From positions 193,772 through 257,771 of the forward strand of contig JADKJZ010000014.1 in the NCBI GenBank assembly GCA_016720805.1: a stretch of 64,000 nt of DNA, written 5' to 3'. Both the position numbers and the translations under genes were made by a program. The notes below the pieces were generated by a model, which was not told the origin of the DNA, searched no databases, and saw only the letters and a list, made by a program, of their open reading frames with translations. Positions 56,193-64,000 of this stretch are shown here, in pieces (positions within the stretch are counted from its first letter, which is position 1; the number at the start of each line of letters is the position of its first letter). This DNA comes from Gemmatimonadota bacterium. GTDB taxonomy: Bacteria; Gemmatimonadota; Gemmatimonadetes; Gemmatimonadales; GWC2-71-9.

Positions 56193-58355
56193 CGCTGTTG
56201 GCCTTCGCCCTGATCGGGCAACAGGCCGCCGACACCACCACGTACGCCGACCGAGCCACCAGAGACCTGGTGGCTCGTGCGGTTGCGCGTCACGCCTCCG
56301 CCGATACCACCGTCCGCGACTATCAGGCCCACCTCCGCTATCGCGTCTCGTTCGGGATTGGCCAACGGCGCTGGGCGGATGTGCCGACCGCCGCCGTCGA
56401 AGAACAGGACGGCACGGTCCACTGGTCGCTGCCCAACGATCTTCGCGTCGATATTCTCGGCCGTCGCGAGGCATCACGCCTCGATGGCGTGAACCTGATG
56501 TCGTCGTTCAGTCGGCCCTGGTTCGTGCCGCGCACGCTGGGCGACTCGATCCGCGTGCTCGGTGGCGACGCCTCGTCGCGCGCCGCGCCGCATCCGCTCT
56601 CGAAGGGTGGCGAGGCGATCTACCGCTACGCCGCCGGCGACTCGCTGGTGATCGGCATGCAGGGCCGCCGCTTCACCATCCGCTCGATCACGATCATGCC
56701 GCGCGAGAATGCGGCGGTCGCGGTGGCCGGCCGACTCTGGGTCGACACCGAGAGCGGCGATGTGGTGCGATTCACCTTCCGCTTTGTCGGACGGGAACTC
56801 TGGACCGATCTCGACGACGAGATGTCGGGCGATTCGGTCGGTGCCCGGCGTGCCGGTCGCATCGTGCAGCAGCTCGTCCAGCTCGATGCCGACCTCGAGT
56901 ACTCGCTGCAGGAGAACAAGTACTGGTTGCCGGCACGCCAAGTCCTCTCGGGCCGTGTGACGGTGCCGCTCGGCGGCGGCCTGACCGTGCCCTTCGAGGC
57001 GACGACCACCTTCGATGATTACGACGTCAACACCGGCAAGGGCGTCGTCTTCACGGCGGCGTTCCGGGATTCGACGTCGCGGCCCACCCGGGAAGAGCGC
57101 GTCGCGGCGCGCGATTCGCTCCGTGCGGCCCGGCGTGACAACGTCATTCCCGATTCCCTGCGTGCCCGCGACAACACCGGCTACCTCGCGCGGGGCGGCC
57201 GGTATCAGGTGCATCGGCCGCCCGTCGACTCGCTGCGGCAGTACGCCGCCTGGAGCGATTCGCTCGTGCTCGAACAGGATCCGGTCGAGCGGGCACGGCT
57301 GCGCGAGGCGTTGGCCGACGTGGCCGGCATCGTCGAGGACTTGCCGCCGGGGTTGAGCGGCAAACCGGGATTCGGCTTCGCGTGGGAGAAGCTTCCGGAC
57401 ATGATTCGCTTCAACCGGGTGCAGGGGACGACTTTCTCGTATGGCCAGCGATTCGGGACGCCGTGGGGATTCACGACCGCGTTTGCCACGGCGCGCTATG
57501 GCCTTGCCGACCATCGGGTGATGGCGACGGGCATGATCGTGCGTGACGCGCCGAGTGGGCGCTTCACGATCAGCGGTGGGCGCGATCTGGCCGACATCGA
57601 TCCCTGGGCGCGCGGGCTGAGCTTCGGCAATTCACTGCGTGGCATGCTGGTCGGGCGCGACGAAGGAGCCTATCTCCTCGCGCAGGGCGTGCGGCTCCAG
57701 CTCGAGCGGAGCGCAGGGTTGGGTCGGGAGCTGCTCCTCGCCGGCTATATCGCCGACCAGCAGAGCGTGGCGACCGAGTCGAACGGCGGCCTGCCGCACA
57801 CCTTCGACAAGTCGTGGTCCTTCCCCGGCAATCCCACGGTCCGCGAGGGTCTCGCGACCGGCGGGCAGCTCCGCTATACCGCGCAGCAGTATGGGCGGGC
57901 GTTCGGTCTGTCCGGTGGAAGGTGTCGCGGTGGATGGCGAGGTCGCGGGTCGACTGACCGCCGATTGGCGGCAGACGTGGTGGCGCGGCGCGGTGACGTT
58001 GCGGCTGAAGGGCGGCCTCGCAGAAGGCAGCGACCTGGTGCCGCAGATGGCGCTGCGGGCCGGCGGCCTCAACACGGTGCGCGGCTACGACTTCGGTGTG
58101 GCGAGCGGTGATGCCCTCTGGTCGGCGCAGCTCGACGTGATGCGCGCCGGTCGCGGCGCCGTGAAGACGGTGCTCTTCGCCGATGCCGGACAGGCGGGTC
58201 GACGGGACGCCTTCGGCGACGCTCCGTTCCTCTCCGGGGCCGGCGTCGGTGTCACGGTGCTTGGCGGGATCATCCGCGCCGAACTGAGCCATCCACTCAC
58301 CGAGCGTGCCGGCCGCGGTCTCCGCTTCGACCTGATCTTTGGCGGGGCTCGGTGA
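56174..58355 (+). pseudogene. Outer-membrane Omp85/ShlB-like protein, frameshifted near 57900-57920 (or sequence error)
   Basis: ORF 56174-58111 has a signal peptide. After ...YGRAFGLS the plausible sequence continues in the frame of ORF 57639-58355 (EGVAVDGEVAGRL ... LNTVRGYDF ... LFADAGQ ... FDLIFGG). Confidence 0.55.
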
Positions 58356-58894
58356 CCCGAGGCCGGCTGATCGTCGTCGTGGCGCTGCTCCTGGCTGCCG
58401 CCGGGGCAGGGCTCTGGTGGTGGCGCGGGCGTGACGGCGCCCTGCCGCTGGGCGGCGTGCCGGCGGACGCCATCGCCCTCAGTTGGAAGGGGAAGTTCAA
58501 GGGGAGCGCCACGCTCCCGGCGACGGTGAACTGGTGCCCGGGGAGTCGCGTCGCCATCGTCGAGGGACTCTCCAACGACACCGGCTTCGTGATGGTCGTC
58601 CATGCGGCCGACACGCTCGCGAAGGGGACGATGTCGGTGCTGCCGGCCGAGTTCATCGCGGCGGCTGGCGGCCCGCGCCCCGCGGCGTCCAGTGCCCTGC
58701 GCTGGCCAGCCGATACCGCGATCCTCGCGGGGTATCGCGGTCAGAATGGGCTGGTCGAGTTGGTGCCCCAGGGCGGGCGTCTTTCCGCCACCTTCACGAT
58801 CCGGATGCAACCGCCGATGTCCTCGGACACGATCAGCGTCACCGGGGCGTTCCGGAACCTGAAGGTGGAGTCGCGGGCGGTGGGCTGCCCCTGA
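58352..58894 (+). CDS. Membrane-anchored hypothetical protein
   Basis: GTGA overlap. N-terminal TM helix LIVVVALLLAAAGAGLWWW. GC3-rich codons. Confidence 0.55.
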   Translation: MTRGRLIVVVALLLAAAGAGLWWWRGRDGALPLGGVPADAIALSWKGKFKGSATLPATVNWCPGSRVAIVEGLSNDTGFVMVVHAADTLAKGTMSVLPAEFIAAAGGPRPAASSALRWPADTAILAGYRGQNGLVELVPQGGRLSATFTIRMQPPMSSDTISVTGAFRNLKVESRAVGCP

Positions 58895-58896
58895 CG

Positions 58897-58931
58897 GACG
58901 ATGATCGATGATCGATCATCGATGATCGATC
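58897..58931. repeat. Period-7 array: GACGATG ATCGATG ATCGATC ATCGATG ATCGATC
   Basis: Read directly. Self-complementary ATCGAT core. Lies 2 nt after the stop at 58894. Confidence 0.9.
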
Positions 58932-58953
58932 ACCCAGCTCTCGAATCCCCGCC

Positions 58954-60168
58954 TTGTCGAGTATCTTCCCCCTCATGGAATCCACCTACTTCCGCCGCGG
59001 TTTCGGCCTCAAGGGCGAGATCGAGGCGCAGCGCTCGGCGGACTATGCCAGCGGGATCGTCGAGACCGTCCGGGCCAACGGGAACCGGCTGCAGGTCGGT
59101 CCGCTGACCTTCCGGCTCGCCAAGGAATTCGGCTTCTGTTACGGCGTCGATCGCGCCGTCGACTATGCCTACGAGACTCGTCGCAAGTTCCCCGATCGTC
59201 GGTTGCTGTTGGTGGGCGAGATCATTCACAATCCGCACGTGAATGAGAAGCTCGCGGCGATGGGGATCATCTTCCTCGAGCACAACCCCGGCGCGGACTT
59301 CGATTTCACCGACATCACGCCCGAAGACGTCGTCATCATCCCCGCCTTCGGCGTGACGATGAAGGACTTCCAGCGGCTGCGCGCCATTGGCTGTGTGCTG
59401 GTGGACACCACCTGCGGGTCGGTCCTCAACGTCTGGAAGCGGGTCGACAGTTATGCCCGTGATGGCTACACCGCGGTCATCCACGGCAAGCACTACCACG
59501 AGGAGACGCAGGCCACGGCGTCGCAAGCGACCAAGCACGATGGCGGGAAGTACCTGGTCGTCTTCGACATGGCCGAGGCGCGTATGGTCTGCGATGTGAT
59601 CGAGGGGAAGGGCGACGCGTCTGCGCTGGCGGAGCGGTTCGCGAAGGCCTGTTCGCCCGGCTTTGATTTTACGGCTGATCTGCGGCGAATCGGGGTCGCC
59701 AACCAGACCACGATGCTCTCCGGGGAATCGCTGGCCATCGCGGCCGAGCTCCGGAAGTCGCTGATCGTGGCCTATGGCGAGGCCGCCGTGGACGATCATT
59801 TTCGCTCCTTCGACACCATCTGTTCCGCCACGCAGGAGCGTCAGGATGCCGTGGTCGAGCTGCTCCAGGAGCCGCTCGACCTGATGCTGGTGGTGGGAGG
59901 CTACAACTCCTCCAACACTTGCGCCCTGGCCGCCCTGGCCCAGAGCAAGGGCGTCCGGACCTACCACCTCGAGGATGCGGAGGGGGTGGACCCGGAGGCC
60001 GGTACCCTTCGGCACCAGCCGGTCCGCACCAAGCGGGAAGAGGTCCTGGCCGATTGGCTGGGTGACGCGAAGATCATCGGCATCACCGCCGGCGCCTCGA
60101 CCCCCAACAACAAGATCGGCGAGACGATCGCTCGGGTGGGGGCGATGATCGGCGTGGAAGTGAGGTAG
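58954..60168 (+). CDS. ispH: 4-hydroxy-3-methylbut-2-enyl diphosphate reductase, long (cyanobacterial/plant-like) form
   Basis: FGFCYGVDRAV, HNPHVN, and the Cys and His motifs of LytB. Has an N-terminal extension. Start is TTG 58954 or ATG 58975. Confidence 0.9.
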   Translation: MSSIFPLMESTYFRRGFGLKGEIEAQRSADYASGIVETVRANGNRLQVGPLTFRLAKEFGFCYGVDRAVDYAYETRRKFPDRRLLLVGEIIHNPHVNEKLAAMGIIFLEHNPGADFDFTDITPEDVVIIPAFGVTMKDFQRLRAIGCVLVDTTCGSVLNVWKRVDSYARDGYTAVIHGKHYHEETQATASQATKHDGGKYLVVFDMAEARMVCDVIEGKGDASALAERFAKACSPGFDFTADLRRIGVANQTTMLSGESLAIAAELRKSLIVAYGEAAVDDHFRSFDTICSATQERQDAVVELLQEPLDLMLVVGGYNSSNTCALAALAQSKGVRTYHLEDAEGVDPEAGTLRHQPVRTKREEVLADWLGDAKIIGITAGASTPNNKIGETIARVGAMIGVEVR

Positions 60169-60290
60169 GGAACGGCGAACGGCGAACGGCGAACGGGACG
60201 AAGGGTGAAACGTGAGACGTGAAACGGGAGCCAACGAGCGGCCCACGTTTCACGTTTAACCTTTCACCATCTCCGTACCCGTTTGCCGTC
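60167..60290. repeat. Period-7 arrays. Left: 3x GGCGAAC + GTGAAAC/GTGAGAC block. Right: GTTTCAC-type block + degenerate GTTTGCC
   Basis: Left tract 60167-60229, centre GCCAACGAGCGGC, right tract 60244-60290. Starts at the ispH stop codon. Confidence 0.85.
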
Positions 60291-60324
60291 TTGACAATAA
60301 ACCAGTCATACGACTGCTTTATGT

Positions 60325-60975
60325 ATGCCAAAGTCGCCAGTAACGGCCGCCATCCACGACCCGATCTCCGCCATTCTGGGGACTCGAGGCAAGGTCGCGG
60401 TGATGCGAGTGCTCGCTTCGGCCGCAAACCCGCTCCAGCAAAGGGAAGTGGCTCGGCGGACCGGAATGGCCCTCCGGACCGTGGAGCTGGCGCTCGACGA
60501 CCTGCTCGCCTCCGGCATCGTCGAACGACTGGCCGGGGGACGCGAGCGGCTCGTGCAGGTACGCTCCTCTCATCGCCTCACCCCCTCGATCCTCGCCGTC
60601 CTCCGCGCCGGCGCCGACCACTGGCCGGCCCTCCGCTCCGAACTGCGAGCTGCCGCAACCACCCCGCACGACCCCGCCCTCCTCTCGGTCGCCGTCGTCG
60701 GACGGGTCGCCACCCGCACGGAGAGAATCGGCGATCCCCTCGACCTGCTCCTGCTCGCTGCCGACGGCCCCACCGCAGCCCGATGGGTCGCACGCTTCGC
60801 CTCCCTGGCTGACACCGTGGCCACCCGATTCGGTGTGACGCTGCGCCCGATCGGCTACGGGTTGAATGCCGCTCGAGAAATGTGGGCAGTGCGTACATCT
60901 GCTGCTGAGCAGACCGTCCGCGAGGCTGAGCGGGTTCACGGGGCAGAGCTCCTGGTGCTGCTCAGCGGCGGCTAA
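60325..60975 (+). CDS. Winged-helix protein with degenerate nucleotidyltransferase-like C-terminal domain
   Basis: wHTH QQREVARRTGMALRTVELALDDLLASGIVE. Then VVGRVATRTERIGDPLDLLLL resembles the minimal NTase G-x ... D-x-D segment but is not canonical. Confidence 0.55.
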   Translation: MPKSPVTAAIHDPISAILGTRGKVAVMRVLASAANPLQQREVARRTGMALRTVELALDDLLASGIVERLAGGRERLVQVRSSHRLTPSILAVLRAGADHWPALRSELRAAATTPHDPALLSVAVVGRVATRTERIGDPLDLLLLAADGPTAARWVARFASLADTVATRFGVTLRPIGYGLNAAREMWAVRTSAAEQTVREAERVHGAELLVLLSGG

Positions 60976-61097
60976 TGGTCGATACTCGCCGGGCCGAACA
61001 GCGAGTCCGTGACTTCACAGCCAAGGACCGTTCGGCAGACCGCGCTTCTGCTCACGCTGCGTCTCTGCGCGATAGAGAGCGCTACCGAAAATCTTGA

Positions 61098-61148
61098 GCA
61101 AATGTACGCAATGCACACATTTGCGATTCCAAGGCCAAAGTGTACATT
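61098..61148. promoter_or_regulatory. Candidate TetR operator palindromes
   Basis: GCAAATGT-N11-ACATTTGC (61098-61124). AATGTAC (61101-61107) is matched by GTACATT (61142-61148), which ends 8 nt before the TetR ATG 61157. Confidence 0.5.
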
Positions 61149-61156
61149 GATCACAT

Positions 61157-61768
61157 ATGCCTAACCCGTTGCACGACAACGCCAAGCCGAAGTCGGGCTA
61201 TCATCACGGCGATCTCCGCGCCGAGTTGATTCGCGAGGGAATCCGTCAGCTGGAGCGGGGTGGTGTCGCCGAACTCTCGTTGCGGCAACTGGCTAAAAGC
61301 GTCGGCGTGACGGGGTCAGCCCCGTACCGGCATTTCCCGGATCGGTCGGCGTTGCTGGAGGCGATCGCCGCCGAAGGGTACCGGCGGGTGGCGGCCACGC
61401 TGGCGCCGAGTGGGGTCAGGGTCGCCGAGGGGGCGCGGCGGGTGGTCCACTTCGCCGCGGAGCACCCGGCGTGGTGGGAGTTGATGGCGGGGGGCGGTGG
61501 GGCGATCGGGCCCGATCTCGAGGAGGCGCGGGGGTCCTTTCTCGCGGAACTTGTCGGGGTGGTCGAGCGATCAATCGGTGGTGAGTCAGCCGAGGAGGCG
61601 ATCCGCTTGGCTGTGGCGGTCTGGGCCGCGCTCCTCGGTCTGGTACGGCTCCGTGCCAGCGGTGGGGTGGCCGTGCTCGACGAGGCCATGGTGCCCGAAC
61701 CGGCCGCGTTGGCCGAATCGATCGTTACTGGCCGGCCGATGCCACCAGCTGGCGCGCGACCGCGGTGA
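61157..61768 (+). CDS. TetR/AcrR family transcriptional regulator
   Basis: HTH LSLRQLAKSVGVTGSAPYRHFPDRSALL. Confidence 0.85.
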   Translation: MPNPLHDNAKPKSGYHHGDLRAELIREGIRQLERGGVAELSLRQLAKSVGVTGSAPYRHFPDRSALLEAIAAEGYRRVAATLAPSGVRVAEGARRVVHFAAEHPAWWELMAGGGGAIGPDLEEARGSFLAELVGVVERSIGGESAEEAIRLAVAVWAALLGLVRLRASGGVAVLDEAMVPEPAALAESIVTGRPMPPAGARPR

Positions 61769-62603
61769 TCGTGAGCGGGGCACACCCTTCGGCGCGGTTG
61801 TTGACGATCAGGTAGGCGGGGACGCGGAGTTCGAGGGCTGCCTTGGCGAGTGCCGCGAGGTCGCCGCGGAGCTCAGGGTTCTCGTCCTGCACATGGTCAT
61901 ACGGCGCGAACGCATCGACCGCTGTCGAGTAGCTCCGACCCGGGCGGAGAAGGGCCCGCGCCACCAGGAAGTCGGCCGTGATGGCATCGTGCAGCTGGAA
62001 CTGCTCGCCGATCGACGGCATCCGAGTCCAGCTGTTGAAGAGATGCGCGACGCCGTGGGTCCGCAGCACCGCAAAGTACTCCGGGCCCAGGTACTCCTGG
62101 TTGCGGAGCTCGACGGCGTAGGGGACCCCTCGAGGGAGCTGCCCGAAGAAGGCATCGAGTCGCATCGCGAAGTCGGCGGCACCGAGCTTGGCGGTTCGCG
62201 CAATCGTCTGGAATTCGAAGACGAACGGACCAATGTGCTCGGCAAAATGCGCCTGCATCGGCCCCAGCACTTCGTTGGTGAACAGGTCGGCGTTGAGCCA
62301 GTCCGGGTTGAGCTGGCCGAAGTGGGCTCGTTCCTTCGGATTCGCGAAGGTGTGGGCGGTGATCCGATCCCAGACCTTGCTGACACAGCGGAAGTCGGCG
62401 GGGAGCGCCGCGGCATAGCTCGCCAGCGTCCGCTCGGAGGGCGGCGTGTAGAAGAAGGAGTCGATCCCCACCGTCCGGAAGAGCGGCCAGCGCGCATACT
62501 CCGCCAGCATCTTCGCGCCAGCCCCGGTCGCCGGATACGGCTTCTCGTAGATCAGCCCCGTCCACCCCGGATACGTCCAGGAGGAACAGCCAAAGCGGAT
62601 CAG
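61725..62603 (-). CDS. DUF72 family protein, probable CTG start
   Basis: Track ORF 61725-62510 starts at an internal ATG. The same frame is open upstream and encodes IRFGCSSWTYPGWTGLIY, the usual DUF72 N-terminus. The only start-like codon there is CTG 62603. Confidence 0.65.
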   Translation of the reverse strand: MIRFGCSSWTYPGWTGLIYEKPYPATGAGAKMLAEYARWPLFRTVGIDSFFYTPPSERTLASYAAALPADFRCVSKVWDRITAHTFANPKERAHFGQLNPDWLNADLFTNEVLGPMQAHFAEHIGPFVFEFQTIARTAKLGAADFAMRLDAFFGQLPRGVPYAVELRNQEYLGPEYFAVLRTHGVAHLFNSWTRMPSIGEQFQLHDAITADFLVARALLRPGRSYSTAVDAFAPYDHVQDENPELRGDLAALAKAALELRVPAYLIVNNRAEGCAPLTITAVARQLVASAGQ

Positions 62604-62681
62604 CGGGGAGAGCTGATCCGCGAGGGCGGCGACTTCGGCGGGGAGGGGCCAGGAGGGTGCACCCCGAAACTATACTACCAA

Positions 62682-62710
62682 ATCGATGATCGATGATCGA
62701 TCATCGATTA
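62682..62710. repeat. Period-7 array: 2x ATCGATG, ATCGATC, ATCGATT
   Basis: Read directly. The yceI stop TAA (complement of 62708-62710) lies in the last unit. Confidence 0.85.
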
Positions 62711-63310
62711 CTTCCCGTCCTTCACGAAGTTGAAATCCAGCTCCAGCTGAATCGGATCATCCACGCGCGCCACCACCGGCACGCGAGGCACCGCAATGCC
62801 GAAATCGGAGAAGACGAACTTCGTCTTGGCCGTCCCGGTCAGCCCGGTCGGGCTCGCGGTGGCGGTGACGGTCCAGGTGGTTGGCTTGGTGACCCCCTTG
62901 AGGGTCAGGTCGCCCACCAACGTGAAGTTCAGCGCACCGCTGGTTGGCATCTTCGCCGGGAGGCCAGTGATCTCCTTGACGACGAGGACGGCGTTCGGGT
63001 AGGTCGCCGTCTCGAGGGTGTTGCGCTGCACGTACCCGTCGCGGCGATCGCGGTCGGTCTTCAGCAGGGTGAGGTCGATCGTGATCTTGGAGCCGGAGGA
63101 GACCACCTTGCCCGCCTTGTCGAGCGCGATCCCCCCGGTCACGCCGGCCGTCTTGCCGACGACGTCATTTTCGATGGTGTTGGCGGCGAGCAGCTCCCGG
63201 ACCTGATAGCGCGCCTCGGTGCCGGTGGGGTTCAGCGTGTAGTGGCTCTGGGCGGCCAACGGGGTGGCAGTCAGGCTCAGGAGGGCAAGGGTCGTGGCAA
63301 GGCGGGTCAT
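62708..63310 (-). CDS. YceI-family periplasmic (polyisoprenoid-binding-like) protein
   Basis: Signal peptide plus the YceI pattern (GVTGGI ... KTDRDRRD ... LTLKGVTKP). Confidence 0.8.
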   Translation of the reverse strand: MTRLATTLALLSLTATPLAAQSHYTLNPTGTEARYQVRELLAANTIENDVVGKTAGVTGGIALDKAGKVVSSGSKITIDLTLLKTDRDRRDGYVQRNTLETATYPNAVLVVKEITGLPAKMPTSGALNFTLVGDLTLKGVTKPTTWTVTATASPTGLTGTAKTKFVFSDFGIAVPRVPVVARVDDPIQLELDFNFVKDGK

Positions 63311-63388
63311 CGGGTCCGGGACTCCAGATTGGGGTGCATCGCAGGTGACGAATCAATACGGGGCGAGGGCACGGGGGGTTGCACCGCC

Positions 63389-63423
63389 ATCGATGATCGA
63401 TCATCGATGATCGATCATCGATG
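63389..63423. repeat. Period-7 array: ATCGATG ATCGATC ATCGATG ATCGATC ATCGATG
   Basis: Read directly. It encodes the last residues (SSMIDHR) and the TGA stop of the polymerase gene. Confidence 0.9.
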
Positions 63424-64000
63424 ACTCCGAGCTGCCCTGCGGGCGGGGTCCCAATCGCGCCAGCATCCGCTCCAGCCGCTCCAGGTGGCTGATCGTCACG
63501 GTCAACGCCCCGAACGATTCCTCCACCACGCCACGGAAAATAAAGGGCCCCTGGTCGAAGAGGACGTGGGCGCGCTCCCTGTAGACCGCCGGGAAGAGGA
63601 CGCACTCGATCAACCCGTCGCCGTCGTCAAAGGTGACGAACTGCATCGGTTCGTGGGTCGCGGTGTGGACCGGTTTGCCGGTGGTGTACATCCCGGCCAT
63701 CAGTACGCGCTTGCCGACGTGCCGTTGCAAGTCGCTGCTCTTCACCAGGCGGAAGCGGGTGAGCTCTTCGGCGTGCAGCGCCATCGGGTGGGCGTCGAGG
63801 CAGAAGCCGAGCAGGGCCCAGGCATCGCGCCGTTTGCGTTCGGTGTCGTAGTCGCGAAGCGTGGGGACGGGGGGTGGCGTCGTCAGCATCTCCTCAGCAG
63901 CGGCCGTCACTCCGCGGTCGGTCGTATCGACCATCCACAACAGTTGCGGCCGAGTCATCCCACCCGCGATCCCATCGAGCGCGCCGACCTTCACCAGCAG
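63401..64000 (-). CDS. DNA polymerase III alpha-subunit family, C-terminal part (5' end outside window); DnaE2-like short tail
   Basis: Frame is open to the window edge. OB-fold region GKRVLMAGMYTTGKPVHT ... MQFVTFDDGDGLIECVLFP. The protein ends about 50 aa after the OB fold, as in the DnaE2/ImuC type (inference). Confidence 0.7.
   Translation of the reverse strand: MLVKVGALDGIAGGMTRPQLLWMVDTTDRGVTAAAEEMLTTPPPVPTLRDYDTERKRRDAWALLGFCLDAHPMALHAEELTRFRLVKSSDLQRHVGKRVLMAGMYTTGKPVHTATHEPMQFVTFDDGDGLIECVLFPAVYRERAHVLFDQGPFIFRGVVEESFGALTVTISHLERLERMLARLGPRPQGSSESSMIDHR

Noticed and set aside
60972-61154. 60-aa minus-strand ORF in the lower-GC gap upstream of the TetR gene.
   Set aside because: It has poor codon bias, no RBS, and overlaps the operator-like palindromes. 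The region is more likely regulatory DNA.

Overview
GC-rich bacterial chromosomal segment, densely packed with about 59 protein-coding genes on both strands. Many neighbours are joined by 4-nt ATGA/GTGA overlaps. I found no rRNA, tRNA, CRISPR, transposase, integrase or prophage genes. Gene content is housekeeping and metabolic:
- light-regulated carotenoid cluster (CarH-type B12 photoreceptor, crtI, crtB, acyltransferase)
- Kgd/OdhA-type fused 2-oxoglutarate dehydrogenase and a fused alpha/beta 2-oxoacid dehydrogenase E1
- fadI-fadJ beta-oxidation operon
- rho, lon, rsgA, ispH, pfkA
- tryptophanase plus permease
- a pterin/pABA operon
- DEAH helicase, Ser/Thr kinase and a pseudokinase, an Hpt-REC-GGDEF regulator, and the C-terminus of a DnaE-family polymerase at the right edge

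The most unusual signal is non-genic. At least 15 intergenic spacers hold tandem arrays with a strict 7-nt period. The arrays are usually arranged as inverted left/right arms around a GC hairpin. They start within a few nt of stop codons and sometimes supply the stop codon and the last residues of a protein. Most units share an NNN-TC(A/G)(C/T) core. They resemble the STRR heptanucleotide repeats of heterocystous cyanobacteria more than REP or CRISPR elements.

Four genes look disrupted: the crtI/crtB junction with a C15 tract, one in-frame TAG, and two frameshifts. This could be sequence error or real decay. Several genes seem to need CTG or other non-canonical starts.

Taxonomy cannot be assigned from this window alone; a GC-rich soil lineage such as Gemmatimonadota is only a guess. 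CDS coordinates follow the ORF track, with starts refined by eye. Repeat coordinates were counted by hand and may be off by 1-2 nt.
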